Shown here: in pieces, positions 17,650 through 26,936 of the stretch | How the letters are laid out: each line of letters starts with the position of its first letter | Numbering within the stretch: position 1 is the stretch's first letter | Virus record (IMG/VR): IMGVR_UViG_3300036791_000391 | Coordinates: 1-55,959 of that record | DNA: 55,959 bases | Reading direction: 5' to 3' (one strand) | From: a virus | Lineage: Duplodnaviria > Caudoviricetes | Notes under the pieces: model-generated | Told to the model about the DNA's origin: nothing | What the model saw: only the letters and a program-made list of their open reading frames with translations | The model's database searches: none | Made by a program: the position numbers and the translations under genes

Positions 17650-18211
17650 CCGACGCCTCCCGCCATGCCCGTTCCAGTGCCTTGCACTGGCTCTCGATGA
17701 TCGGCCTGTCGGTCTGGATCACCACCGACTCGCCTCCCCGCCTGGCGGCGACCACCCGGCCCATCTGGCGGCCGGTGACATCGACGGCGGTCCCGGTGTC
17801 GGTATCCACCAGCACCGCCTGCCCGTTGATGTTGGCGATGCCCCGGTAGTTGTCGTGCAGCACTGCGATCACCTCCCCGGCCCAGGTCTGGACGCGGATC
17901 TCGTCCCTTTTGAGCTGATCAAGGCGCGTCCTCATGGCCAGCGCCCGGACCTCGTTCGGGCCGAATAATTGAGCCGATCCTGGCGTGATAGAGACATTTC
18001 CGACCGTTTCCTTCAGGAATAGCGGTGGAATCGGTGGATCTCCGGCCGGTGTAGGGCCTCCTCGATAGACGCCATCAAACGGCTCCATTCGGTGCACACA
18101 CGGCTGGGGGACGAACCTGTACATGAGCCAGCCGGTCACCATCCAGCCGGTCAGGCCACCGCTGATCAGCAGCATGGCGATGACGAGCCAGCCCGGGTCG
18201 ATCACCAGCAC
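17642..18211 (-). CDS. membrane-anchored hypothetical protein
   Basis: N-terminal TM helix. Confidence 0.6.
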   Translation of the reverse strand: MLVIDPGWLVIAMLLISGGLTGWMVTGWLMYRFVPQPCVHRMEPFDGVYRGGPTPAGDPPIPPLFLKETVGNVSITPGSAQLFGPNEVRALAMRTRLDQLKRDEIRVQTWAGEVIAVLHDNYRGIANINGQAVLVDTDTGTAVDVTGRQMGRVVAARRGGESVVIQTDRPIIESQCKALERAWREASDA

Positions 18212-18360
18212 AGGATCTCGCCGCCCTCCGGTTCATGACTGACCGGCACCCACCCGCCGAGGTCGTATCGGTAGGTTCGACCCGGTTGGTTCACCCAGCA
18301 GTAATCAAGCACCTCGGCGTCCTTTGGCAAGTCCTCGACCGTCTCCACGTACCCGATCAC
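18202..18360 (-). CDS. hypothetical protein (52 aa)
   Basis: Manual ORF VIGYVETVEDLPKDA...EILCW; fills operon gap with overlaps. Confidence 0.5.
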   Translation of the reverse strand: MIGYVETVEDLPKDAEVLDYCWVNQPGRTYRYDLGGWVPVSHEPEGGEILCW

Positions 18361-18605
18361 TCGAAGTTCCCGGTGTGCTCACGGGCCTGTGCTTCCAGCT
18401 CGCCCTGGCGCTGCCACGTCTTGAGCGTGGTCGCGATCACGTCCAGCTCGGTCTCGTTCAGGTCGTTCGTGCTCATCACGCTCGGGTCGTGCAAGATCCA
18501 CCGAAACAGATTCAGCCGCTGCTGACGGTCGGTGATCCGGGCCTCCCGCAGCAGCGCGAAGACGTGCCGAGTTCGTCTCTGCCAGGCCAGGGTCTGATCA
18601 GCCAT
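18357..18605 (-). CDS. hypothetical protein
   Basis: ORF with coding-like composition. Confidence 0.6.
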   Translation of the reverse strand: MADQTLAWQRRTRHVFALLREARITDRQQRLNLFRWILHDPSVMSTNDLNETELDVIATTLKTWQRQGELEAQAREHTGNFE

Positions 18606-18623
18606 CTCGGTGATCCATGGGGC

Positions 18624-18989
18624 TCATGCCATGACCCGATTCCGTGGTCGTCGCTGACGGTTCAGCCGGGCCCGGATCACGCGGCGCTCCTTCTCGCTGG
18701 TGCCGCCCCAGATCCCGTACCGCTCATCCAGGTTGTGGTCCAGGCAGTCGGCGGTCATCGGGCACCGGCGGCAGATCCGGCGGGCCAGCTCGGCACCCGG
18801 GTTGTCGCCTTTGCTGGGGAAGAACGTCTCGGGATCGGACTCGGCGCACAGCGGCCGGAACTTCATCCAGCTGACGGGCAGCGGATCGCCGACCTCCTCG
18901 CCCTTCACGCCGCCCTCGATCAGCCCCGGCCCGGGCCGTATCAGCCGGTGAATGCTCCACGGCGGGTCGTCGTAGTCGTAGTAGCTCAC
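18624..18989 (-). CDS. whiB: WhiB family transcription factor
   Basis: LCAESDPETFFP..ARRICRRCPMTADCL..YGIWGGTSEKERR; GTG start. Confidence 0.92.
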   Translation of the reverse strand: MSYYDYDDPPWSIHRLIRPGPGLIEGGVKGEEVGDPLPVSWMKFRPLCAESDPETFFPSKGDNPGAELARRICRRCPMTADCLDHNLDERYGIWGGTSEKERRVIRARLNRQRRPRNRVMA

Positions 18990-19198
18990 AGCCGACCCTT
19001 CCAGTGCATCCGCATCGAGATCAGGGTGAGCTTCGGCCCCTCGACCGGGCCATCCGGCCCGCCATCCATGCCGCACTTGCAGGTCCGGTTGTGGTACTGG
19101 CGCAGGAAGCCGAGCGCGACGGGCTCGGGCATCGAGAGCACCAGCCGGGCGAACTCGGTAGCGGGGATGTCGGTCCGGGCGAAATTCGGCTCGCTCAC
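18986..19198 (-). CDS. hypothetical protein
   Basis: 4-bp overlaps on both sides. Confidence 0.55.
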   Translation of the reverse strand: MSEPNFARTDIPATEFARLVLSMPEPVALGFLRQYHNRTCKCGMDGGPDGPVEGPKLTLISMRMHWKGRL

Positions 19199-19530
19199 GG
19201 CACCGGCTCCTTCGTCTCCCGCCAGCGCTTGTGGAACTCCTCGTAGTCGTCCAGCGTGGGCGGGTGGCCGTAGACCAGCATCTGGCGGCGGTGCTCACTC
19301 CCCGCGTACTCAGCGGAGAACGGCAGCTCGATGGTCAGGTCGCAGCCGCCCGGGTAGTGCTCGGTGTCCTCGTGGGTGATGTGCAATCTCATCCCCCACG
19401 GGCCACGGCGCAGGGTGCTCTCATACTTGCCATTGCTGAAGTACTCCGCGATCTGCTCCATCGTGTCGAACCAGACCGGGACCGCCTGGCAGAACGGTGG
19501 ACGCTCTTCATACGGCGTGAACAGGGACAT
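19195..19530 (-). CDS. hypothetical protein
   Basis: GAGAGGAG RBS, operon packing. Confidence 0.65.
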   Translation of the reverse strand: MSLFTPYEERPPFCQAVPVWFDTMEQIAEYFSNGKYESTLRRGPWGMRLHITHEDTEHYPGGCDLTIELPFSAEYAGSEHRRQMLVYGHPPTLDDYEEFHKRWRETKEPVP

Positions 19531-19972
19531 CGGTCTCCTCTCGTTGTTTCAGCATCCGGCGGCGGCGCTCGGGCCTCTCGAACAGCCCGTCCATGTTTTT
19601 GGGCTCCCGCTTGGCACGGGGCGGTGAAGCCGGGGGCCCATCGAACGGGTCATCGCCACCGCCGCCGTCGGGGCCTCGGAACTCGATGCAGTGGAACCGG
19701 TCGCCCAGCGGGTAGGGGCCTTCACCGTCCCAGGTGTCGATCCACTCGGTCGGGGTTCGTCCGTTCAGCGCGCACAGGATCAGCGGGCAGCCGCCGGGGA
19801 AGTCCTTGGGCGGGGTCTTGCGTTTGCCCTCCTCGTAGCGCTGCCATGCCGTCTCGGCGGGATTTTGGCACGGCGCCCAGCACCAGTTCTCCATCCAGCC
19901 GTACCCTTCGGTCCCGTTACTAAAAGGACGCTCGTCTCGGGCGGTGGTGTAGATCTCGTCATAGCTGCGCAT
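19508..19972 (-). CDS. Cys-rich hypothetical protein
   Basis: PFSNGTEGYGWMENWC..C..GCPLI motif. Confidence 0.65.
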   Translation of the reverse strand: MRSYDEIYTTARDERPFSNGTEGYGWMENWCWAPCQNPAETAWQRYEEGKRKTPPKDFPGGCPLILCALNGRTPTEWIDTWDGEGPYPLGDRFHCIEFRGPDGGGGDDPFDGPPASPPRAKREPKNMDGLFERPERRRRMLKQREETDVPVHAV

Positions 19973-20097
19973 AGCGGCTCCCCTGTAGCAGGCCGATCAG
20001 GTTTCCGCCCCAGTCGAGGACTTCCCAGCGCGAATGATGATGCTCGTGCTCGGTGAGTGCCGCCGGGGAGTCGGTGAGCTGCCAGTTGACCAGCGCG

Positions 20098-20370
20098 TCA
20101 ATTCGCTCGATTACCTTCTGCTCGGTTGGTCCGAATCCGTCGGCGCGCCGAGCCGACCATCTCGTGGCAGCTCGGGCAGCGGTAGTCGACGATGACCGTG
20201 ATCGAGCTATCCGCAGACCGGGCACGCCACATCAGCCCCAGCGTGTTGAACGGATGCACACAGACCTCCGTGAGCAGTTCGATCTCGTCGGAGGGGAGAG
20301 TCACCACGTCCCGCCGGGCCTGCCGGTCGGCCATCATCGCGATGAACTCACCGAAGGTCATCCGCTTCAC
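20098..20370 (-). CDS. hypothetical protein
   Basis: GAGGAG RBS; C..H/CPSC. Confidence 0.5.
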   Translation of the reverse strand: MKRMTFGEFIAMMADRQARRDVVTLPSDEIELLTEVCVHPFNTLGLMWRARSADSSITVIVDYRCPSCHEMVGSARRRIRTNRAEGNRAN

Positions 20371-20381
20371 TCGGGCTCCTC

Positions 20382-20780
20382 TCAGTCGGGCCAGGCCGCT
20401 TCCCAGGTGTTCTTCTCGAAGTCGAACTCACGGATCCGGTACAGGATCGGGTCTCGTCCCACCGGCTCGACCCGCAGCATCGAGTCGGTGAAGCAGAACG
20501 GCGGCTCGCGGTACCTCAGCGCCGGATGGCACAAATGCTCGCCATGGTTCCCGACCAACGGGAACCACTCCCCGCTGCCGTCCTTCCGTGCGCCCGGTCC
20601 CCGGTCCCCGAGCAGCTTCATCCCGACCACCACGGTCGGCATGATGGTGTTCTTCCTGGTCATCTCGCACAGCACTTCGTCCGCGATGTCGATGAGCGGG
20701 TCGGCCCGGTCGACGGTGATGAAGCCGTTCGGCCAGCCGTCCGGTCCGGGGCAATGCCAGGTCGTGATCAGTTCACCCAC
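20382..20780 (-). CDS. hypothetical protein, C-terminal WPD family
   Basis: Ends LYRI...WEAAWPD*. Confidence 0.65.
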   Translation of the reverse strand: MGELITTWHCPGPDGWPNGFITVDRADPLIDIADEVLCEMTRKNTIMPTVVVGMKLLGDRGPGARKDGSGEWFPLVGNHGEHLCHPALRYREPPFCFTDSMLRVEPVGRDPILYRIREFDFEKNTWEAAWPD

Positions 20781-21187
20781 CGAAGCCCATCCCGGTATCG
20801 TTGGTGACCGGTTCCAGATGGGGTGCGTCGAAGAGCTTGCAGTCGTTCTCGGGCTTGGTGTTCACCGCCGCGCCTTCCTGTATTCCTGTAGTCCTCGCAC
20901 GGCCACGGCCTCTCGCACTCCGCGCATATCCTGATCGGCTTGTGCAACCGCAGGACGACCATGCGTTCCGACAGCCGGGCCTGGAACGCGAGGTAGGCGT
21001 CCAGGTCCGGGCGGTAGTAGAACTTGCGACCACTGCGGCGCTCGATTCGCACGGGCGTGTACTTCCTCCGGGCGTCCGGCAGCCGACGCGGGTTCGCCGG
21101 TGGACGATCCGTCCACATAGGCAGGCTCTCCGGCCGCCTCACCCCGACGTAGACCATCGCCTCACGTGTCGGCAGCCACTCCTCCAT
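20768..21187 (-). CDS. MerR/excisionase-like HTH protein
   Basis: WLPTREAMVYVGV...RKFYYRPDLDAYL; C-terminal CAEC..WPC. Confidence 0.5.
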   Translation of the reverse strand: MEEWLPTREAMVYVGVRRPESLPMWTDRPPANPRRLPDARRKYTPVRIERRSGRKFYYRPDLDAYLAFQARLSERMVVLRLHKPIRICAECERPWPCEDYRNTGRRGGEHQARERLQALRRTPSGTGHQRYRDGLRWVN

Positions 21188-21393
21188 CACTTCCCGTACA
21201 CGTCCTCGCCGCTCACGTACCGCTCGATCTTCTCGACCCGGCCCTCCAGCTCCTCGACCGTTTTGGCCAGCTCGGTCCCACCGAACCGGGCGCGCGCGAC
21301 CTTCACCCGTTCCATGACCTCCAACCAGCGCCAGGTGAGCAGTCCGAACACCACCAGCGCCACAAGCCCGCACAGGATGATGACGGCGGGCAT
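21187..21393 (-). CDS. small membrane protein
   Basis: N-terminal TM helix plus coiled coil. Confidence 0.6.
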   Translation of the reverse strand: MPAVIILCGLVALVVFGLLTWRWLEVMERVKVARARFGGTELAKTVEELEGRVEKIERYVSGEDVYGK

Positions 21394-21821
21394 CAGTAGA
21401 ACTCGATCGGTTCATTGGCGGCGTGGGCCGCCCGGAACCCGTCCACCAGCTTGCGGGCCTTGTCGGCGTAGACGCCGATGTGCCCGCCGCCGTCGAGCGG
21501 CAGCAGTGGGATCAGCTCCTCGACCCGGTCGGCGATCAGCTTCGCGTGATAGGGGTGCAGCACCCCGTCACCGTCGGAATGCACCAGCAGCAGCAGCAGC
21601 GGATCGAAGGTGCCGTCGCGCAGCGTGGGCAGCTTCTCACCCCACTCGCCCTCGATGTTGGCGCTGCTGACCGCGTTCCAGTCCACATCGACCGATTTGA
21701 CTCCCGGCATATCGGGGTCATCGACCAGCGGCAGCCCGGCTACCTCGGCCAGGGTGGTGCGGAACCGGGTGAACGCCGAGTAGGCGCCGTGCCATGCGTC
21801 ATGGCTCATATCCAGGCCCAT
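21393..21821 (-). CDS. hypothetical protein
   Basis: MGLDMSHDAWHGAYSAF..LLVHSDGDG; widespread phage-type motif. Confidence 0.7.
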   Translation of the reverse strand: MGLDMSHDAWHGAYSAFTRFRTTLAEVAGLPLVDDPDMPGVKSVDVDWNAVSSANIEGEWGEKLPTLRDGTFDPLLLLLVHSDGDGVLHPYHAKLIADRVEELIPLLPLDGGGHIGVYADKARKLVDGFRAAHAANEPIEFY

Positions 21822-21824
21822 GAT

Positions 21825-22790
21825 TCACCTCGGGATCTGGATGAGCGGGGTGCCGCCGATCTGCCCCCAGCACCCGGCCGGGTCGCGACCTGCCTTCACC
21901 GAGTCGTTGACGCAGTTCGACACCGCGATCCGCAGGTCCGGTGGTGGCTGCATGGCACGCTGTTCAGCGGCAAGGCGGTACTGCTCGGCCGTCTTAACAT
22001 CCTGGGCGGCGTTCAGCGTCTCCTGCACCTTCTGGTTGTAGGCGTCAATACGCTGCTGGGTCGGCTGGTCGTAGAAGATCCGGGGAATCCGCACGTCCAG
22101 GATCTCGATCTCGGTGCCCACCGCATCTTGGAGATCCTTCTTCACCTGGCCCGCCAGCGTCGGCAGGTCGGCGCCCTGCGTCGGGGCCATCGCCTGCGGC
22201 GGCGCGCCGGGCGTGTTGGCCTGGGCCGCGAGCATGATCTGCGGGTTGAACGTGGCGAAGGTCTTGGCCAGCGCCACCTGGGCCTGCCGGTCCACCAGCT
22301 GCTGCTTGATGGTCTCGAACACGTTCTGACCGCCGTAGTCCTGGAACAGCTTCGGGGCGGCGCCCTCGCGCAGCCGCCAGTTCAGGTTCTCCGCGACATA
22401 GGCGTTGGAGTTGTTCGCCAGCCGCACGCTGATCGCCGCCGCGTTGTTATCACTGCCCTGGCCCTTGGCGGCGTCGTCGTAGGAGTTCGACTCAAACGCC
22501 TGCAGCTGGATGGTCTCGGGCAGCTCGGAGAGCTTGCGCCACGGGTTGTGCCACGCGATGCCGGGGCCGTGGATGCCCACCGGCCTGCCGAACTCCGTGA
22601 TGATCCCGACGTTGCGGGTGTCCACCCGGTCGTAGCAGGAGATGATCACGAACACCAGGCTGACGAAAGCCAGTACTCCGGTGACGATCACGCCGATGCC
22701 TCTCGCGTCGGCCGACGCGAACACCGTGACCGCCGCCGCGATGAGCGCGAAGACGAAGAACACGAGGGACGCGATGAACCATCCGGGCAT
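21825..22790 (-). CDS. SPFH/band-7 membrane protein
   Basis: Two TM helices, VDTRNVGIITEFGRP..GIAWHNPW; GAAAGGA RBS. Confidence 0.88.
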   Translation of the reverse strand: MPGWFIASLVFFVFALIAAAVTVFASADARGIGVIVTGVLAFVSLVFVIISCYDRVDTRNVGIITEFGRPVGIHGPGIAWHNPWRKLSELPETIQLQAFESNSYDDAAKGQGSDNNAAAISVRLANNSNAYVAENLNWRLREGAAPKLFQDYGGQNVFETIKQQLVDRQAQVALAKTFATFNPQIMLAAQANTPGAPPQAMAPTQGADLPTLAGQVKKDLQDAVGTEIEILDVRIPRIFYDQPTQQRIDAYNQKVQETLNAAQDVKTAEQYRLAAEQRAMQPPPDLRIAVSNCVNDSVKAGRDPAGCWGQIGGTPLIQIPR

Positions 22791-22812
22791 AACCGATTCC
22801 TTTCGTTGGTGA

Positions 22813-23004
22813 TTACTCCCCGACCCGTTGCCGGGGAGTCGCCGCGCGCAGCAGCGCGAACGGATACGGCAGGGTGAGGTCGTAGCGCACCCGCCAGCGC
22901 ATCGGCCCGCACCACTCGACCCAGCCGTTGCTGGTCATCGCCAGCACGGAGCCCCGCCGCCAGCGCGGGTCAGCTGGCCCCTCGGGCTTGTGATGGCCGG
23001 TCAC
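22813..23004 (-). CDS. hypothetical protein
   Basis: GTGA overlap with upstream gene. Confidence 0.45.
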   Translation of the reverse strand: MTGHHKPEGPADPRWRRGSVLAMTSNGWVEWCGPMRWRVRYDLTLPYPFALLRAATPRQRVGE

Positions 23005-23192
23005 GGCACCAGCCCCTTGCGCCGAGCCCAGCTCACGATCTTCTGGTAGCAGTCGTCGCAGACCACGTCCACGTCGTCGGGGTCCTTCCCGAACGTCTTT
23101 CGGTACTCGTCCTCGATGTGCTCCTGGCTCCACCCGGGCTCGCGCTCGAACGTCCCGCCGCAGGCCGCGCAGGTGAACTCGTTCTCGCTCAC
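23001..23192 (-). CDS. small zinc-binding protein
   Basis: FTCAACG...VVCDDC. Confidence 0.6.
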   Translation of the reverse strand: MSENEFTCAACGGTFEREPGWSQEHIEDEYRKTFGKDPDDVDVVCDDCYQKIVSWARRKGLVP

Positions 23193-23665
23193 GACGGCCA
23201 CGGCCTCGGGTGTGCGGTGGCGGGCGCGTGCAGGACGTGCCGGGGTGAGCCGTCGTGGTTGGTGCCGATGCACATCAGCGGGAACACCCCCGGCAGTGGT
23301 GGGGCCGCCTCGACCGCCCGGGAGCGGCCCCAGGCCGCCACGGTGATCGGGTCGTCCTTGGCCCGGGACAAGTAGCTCAGGTTCTCCGGGCCGTACGGGT
23401 CGTCCACCCGCATCAGGTCGCCCGGGTCGGTCGCGCGGTACGCGAACCGGTTCCGGATGACGATCCCGGCGTAACCCCAGGCCAGCGCGTAGTTCACGCA
23501 GCGTTGCCCGGTCGCGCCGATCCGCACGTGCTCCGGGTCGTGATCGGCCGCGATCTCCTCCCGCGACGGGTTCAGCAGGATCCAGCCGCACACCGCGCCG
23601 GGAGCCCACTGGTACGTCAGCTCGTACTGGTACCGGTTGTCCTGCGACCGTGCGGCCCAAATCAT
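23189..23665 (-). CDS. DUF1643 family protein
   Basis: RYQYELTYQW, WILLNPS, NRFAYRATDP, VAAWG, GTNHDGSPRH. Confidence 0.85.
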   Translation of the reverse strand: MIWAARSQDNRYQYELTYQWAPGAVCGWILLNPSREEIAADHDPEHVRIGATGQRCVNYALAWGYAGIVIRNRFAYRATDPGDLMRVDDPYGPENLSYLSRAKDDPITVAAWGRSRAVEAAPPLPGVFPLMCIGTNHDGSPRHVLHAPATAHPRPWPS

Positions 23666-24156
23666 ATGTAGCCCAACGCATTTGACGGACCGAATTGGGT
23701 CACTGTCATGGTGATCTCGCCGGTCTCCTTGTTCTGGTCGTACTTGGTCACCGTGCCGACGATGATCTCCCCGTCCTTGGTCTGGAACCCCACCCGGGAG
23801 CCCTCGTGGATGCGTGGCATGTTCCGGAACGGCGTGGCGTCCTCGTCGGCGAACGGACGGCCCGATCGGGACTGGTGATCGCCGCTGTGACCGGCGGGCA
23901 GTGCGCAGGACGAGCCGCGCAGGGCGGGGAGCGCGCCGCTGTAGTGCGCCTCGCACGCCGGGCCGAAGACCGGGTTGGACGTGTGCCTCAGTGGCGCGCG
24001 CTCGATGTACTCCTGCGGGGTGACGATGGAGATACCCGGCCCCATGTACATCCCGCAGGAGTGACAGCCGATCCCGGTGCCCTCACGGATCATCTCGGCC
24101 CCGCAGTTCGGGCAGGTCATGTCCGTGCCACCCCGTCCCGCCGGGGTCCACGTCAT
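23662..24156 (-). CDS. Cys-rich hypothetical protein
   Basis: CPNC..CHSC; contains SIVTPQEYI; start 24156 or 24120. Confidence 0.55.
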   Translation of the reverse strand: MTWTPAGRGGTDMTCPNCGAEMIREGTGIGCHSCGMYMGPGISIVTPQEYIERAPLRHTSNPVFGPACEAHYSGALPALRGSSCALPAGHSGDHQSRSGRPFADEDATPFRNMPRIHEGSRVGFQTKDGEIIVGTVTKYDQNKETGEITMTVTQFGPSNALGYI

Positions 24157-24368
24157 CGCGCCCACAGCACGATGATGATGCCGACCAGAGTGATGAAGAT
24201 GCCGGTCTGCGCGATCAGCATCCCGAGATACATCTTGCGCAGGTTCTCCACGGCGATGCGCATGTCGCGCAGGCCGTCGGCCATCTGTTCGTCGGGCCAG
24301 CGCCGCCGTCCCGCGGCCCCGGCGATGTACTCCTGCGGCGTGACGATCGAAACCTTGTCGTCGGTCAT
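24153..24368 (-). CDS. small protein with C-terminal TM helix
   Basis: GAAGGAGG RBS; SIVTPQEYI. Confidence 0.6.
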   Translation of the reverse strand: MTDDKVSIVTPQEYIAGAAGRRRWPDEQMADGLRDMRIAVENLRKMYLGMLIAQTGIFITLVGIIIVLWAR

Positions 24369-24698
24369 CGCGGTCCCTCCTTCACTCGTCGCTCATCATG
24401 GCCACCACCCGAAGAACCGTAGGAACCGCTGCCACGGGCCGGGCCGCGCCGAGCGTTCCGTTTCCTCGCGCTCGCACGCGGGGCACCACAGCCCTGGCCC
24501 GTCGACCGGGTTGAACCCGTGCTTGCAGTTGCGCGTCACGTGCGAAGCCAGCCCGTGAACTCGGTTTTGTTGAGAATCGGCGCGATGCCACCCCAACCGC
24601 CCTCGCCGATGGTGCGGGCGAGCAACGCGTCCATGTACGTGCTGAACGGGCCGAGATGCTTACCCGTCTGCGAGTTGATCAGGTGGTAGGGCGGGTTA

Positions 24699-25085
24699 CT
24701 ATCGCCCATCTGAGCCATCGGGTCCGTCCCCCTCTCCGATGTCATTCGTCCTCTCCTCCGATATCCGGAAGCCGACCATGGAGAGCGATTCCAGGGCGCA
24801 GCGCGCCGCGATCCTGGCCCGGAACAGCCGGTACCCGGCGTCGCCGTCACCGTCGTCCAGTTTGTTGTGCGGGAACTCGGGATACGCCCCGGCGATGGCC
24901 GCCGTGGTGATGCCCCACGCCCGCTCGAATCCCTCCCGGCTGAGCCCCAAATCACGGGCGATCCGCACCGGGCACCCGTTGTGGCGCCACATCTCCCGTT
25001 GGATGGGAACGTCGGCGGACTGGAAGCCCAGCGAAACGCCGCACCCGTCCTCGTCGCAGAACACCTCGGTCATCTGGACGCTCAT
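24699..25085 (-). CDS. hypothetical protein
   Basis: ATGA overlap, operon packing. Confidence 0.6.
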   Translation of the reverse strand: MSVQMTEVFCDEDGCGVSLGFQSADVPIQREMWRHNGCPVRIARDLGLSREGFERAWGITTAAIAGAYPEFPHNKLDDGDGDAGYRLFRARIAARCALESLSMVGFRISEERTNDIGEGDGPDGSDGR

Positions 25086-25279
25086 AGCTGCGGCTTCGGT
25101 TCCAGCATCGTGTCGAACGTGGCGGCTTCCGGGTCGGTCGGCGGGCCGTAGGTGCTCAGCTCGATCCGCGCCGAGATCGCCCCGATGGCCGTCCGGAAGT
25201 CGCCCCGGAAGTCTTCGGCGGTCATCAGCTGCTCCACCACGACCCGGTTCCCGATCTCCATCGCGAGGGTCAGCTTCAT
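25082..25279 (-). CDS. hypothetical protein
   Basis: Start MKLTLAME. Confidence 0.5.
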   Translation of the reverse strand: MKLTLAMEIGNRVVVEQLMTAEDFRGDFRTAIGAISARIELSTYGPPTDPEAATFDTMLEPKPQL

Positions 25280-25298
25280 TTCTGGACTTGATCCAGAT

Positions 25299-25499
25299 TC
25301 ATCGGATCTCCCGGTCGGGGTCTCGGTCGGGCCGCATCTCGACCGGCGGCTCGGTGGGTCGCCGCCCCGACAATCGGCGGGCCTCCTCCTGCCGCCGGGT
25401 CCGGGCCATGTCCTCGGGCAAATCGCGGAGCCGCTTCTGGCCCTCGGCCACCCGTAGATCGTTCCGTTCCAGCTCGTCACCCGGTCGTTTCTTCGTCAT
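25299..25499 (-). CDS. hypothetical protein
   Basis: GAAGGAG RBS. Confidence 0.5.
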   Translation of the reverse strand: MTKKRPGDELERNDLRVAEGQKRLRDLPEDMARTRRQEEARRLSGRRPTEPPVEMRPDRDPDREIR

Positions 25500-25950
25500 T
25501 TCGGTTCTCCTTCACTCGTTGGGTGACCCTGTCCATCGCGGCCTTGAACCGATCCTGGAAGTCGGGGTCGTCGATCCGGCCCTCCACGATCTCGTCGGCC
25601 ACCCCGATCAGCTTCGCCGGAGGCTTCTGACCGGCGTCCACCACCGCGATAATCGGCTTATCCAGCATGATCATGAAGCCCAGCTCGGTCGCGAATTTCA
25701 CGTCGGGCTTGTTGTCCCTCGGGACCAGCGAGACCGTGACCGCGCTGTCGTCGACCATCGGGATCAGCTCCGTGCGCACACGCTCGGCGTACTCAAGGAA
25801 GTCCGCGCCGCGAAACGGGTCGTCACCCTCGCCAGGATGAGCGATCCACGACTTCGGCCCGCACACGGCGCACACCACGATCACTCGCTCCGTCGCCTTC
25901 GTGTCCTTGACGTGCGCCGTGAAGTGCGGGCAGAGCACCAGCTTGGTCAT
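25477..25950 (-). CDS. nucleoside 2-deoxyribosyltransferase-like fold protein
   Basis: DDSAVTVSLV..KFATELGFMIMLDKPIIAVV. Confidence 0.5.
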   Translation of the reverse strand: MTKLVLCPHFTAHVKDTKATERVIVVCAVCGPKSWIAHPGEGDDPFRGADFLEYAERVRTELIPMVDDSAVTVSLVPRDNKPDVKFATELGFMIMLDKPIIAVVDAGQKPPAKLIGVADEIVEGRIDDPDFQDRFKAAMDRVTQRVKENRNDEETTG

Positions 25951-26207
25951 CCCCTGCCCTCCTCTCGGCCCATCTCCTCGATCACCGAGTGCCGGGACAT
26001 CAGCCGGTGCGCGGTGATCCCCTCGATCCCGCTTGTTGGCTCGGCCTCGTGCTCATAGATGCTCTCCAAGAACGCCTGTAACAACTCGTAGATCGGGCCG
26101 TGCTCCGATACCTCGATCTGTTTGCTCCCGAACCGGTTGGCCACCAGGATGGTCACAGTCTCGTTCTCCTCGTCGTGCGTGATCGTGATGCTCATCGGCG
26201 TGTTCAT
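25947..26207 (-). CDS. hypothetical protein
   Basis: RBS, overlap. Confidence 0.55.
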   Translation of the reverse strand: MNTPMSITITHDEENETVTILVANRFGSKQIEVSEHGPIYELLQAFLESIYEHEAEPTSGIEGITAHRLMSRHSVIEEMGREEGRG

Positions 26208-26221
26208 GGTTTCCGTCCCCC

Positions 26222-26536
26222 TCAGTCCGGATCATGGTTGCCGTCCACGTGATTGATCAGCGAGTTCAGCGCGCAGCCCAGCGTGAAGAACGCGTGGCCG
26301 CCCATCGTGTCGCCATAGTTCTCCATCAGGTTCTGCGCGTTGCTCAGGTGCTCGCGGGCGTGCTGGACGCAATGGCACGTCTTGGTCTTGGTGATCCGCT
26401 CCGCCCACTCCTCCGTGGTCTCTCCCGTCACCGTCGGCGGCGGGCCGTGACGAACCGCGCAACCCCACGGACAGTCCTCATCCGGGGCCATATCCGTGCG
26501 GCTGCAGAAGATGCACGGCGAGAAGGTCTCACTCAT
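26222..26536 (-). CDS. Cys-rich hypothetical protein
   Basis: CIFC, CPWGC, CHC. Confidence 0.55.
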   Translation of the reverse strand: MSETFSPCIFCSRTDMAPDEDCPWGCAVRHGPPPTVTGETTEEWAERITKTKTCHCVQHAREHLSNAQNLMENYGDTMGGHAFFTLGCALNSLINHVDGNHDPD

Positions 26537-26775
26537 CGCGCTCGGTCTGGTGTCGCTTTCAGGCCCGGCCGGGCCTGAAAGGTGATCCCGGTCATGGCGG
26601 GCAGCACCGCGATGGTGATGTGATCCCCGGGCCGATAGACCGCGTTGGCGATGACCCAGTTGCGCATCCCCTCGTCGTCCACGCCCTCATCGACCAGCTC
26701 GACATCGAGCACGGTCCCGTCGGCGCGGTGCAGGCGCACCCCGACCGGCTTGGTCTGCTCCGGCGAGGGCTTCAT
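26533..26775 (-). CDS. hypothetical protein
   Basis: ATGA overlaps. Confidence 0.6.
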   Translation of the reverse strand: MKPSPEQTKPVGVRLHRADGTVLDVELVDEGVDDEGMRNWVIANAVYRPGDHITIAVLPAMTGITFQARPGLKATPDRAR

Positions 26776-26936
26776 CGGGTCGCCCTCCCGGGCCGTCCCT
26801 GCTGCATCCGCACCAGCGCGTACCGGACGCCGGTCTTACTCATCCCCAGCGCCTTCCCGATCTGCGCGTACGTGTAACCCTTCCGGCGCAGTTCCAGAAT
26901 CAGCCGGTCCTTCTCGGCGGCGGATCGCTCGGTCAT
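26772..26936 (-). CDS. small HTH DNA-binding protein (54 aa)
   Basis: Manual ORF: ILELRRKGYTYAQIGKALGMSKTGVRYAL. Confidence 0.7.
   Translation of the reverse strand: MTERSAAEKDRLILELRRKGYTYAQIGKALGMSKTGVRYALVRMQQGRPGRATR

Noticed and set aside
19959-20225. Possible frameshift fusion of 20098..20370 with 19959..20225
   Set aside because: The downstream frame looks coding (IERIDALVNWQL), but I see no slippery site or clear start; unresolved
21423-22877. Long antisense ORFs (e.g. 21423..22877, 10983..12404, 24739..26058, 40519..41775)
   Set aside because: Shadow frames of high-GC3 genes on the opposite strand; no RBS or motifs
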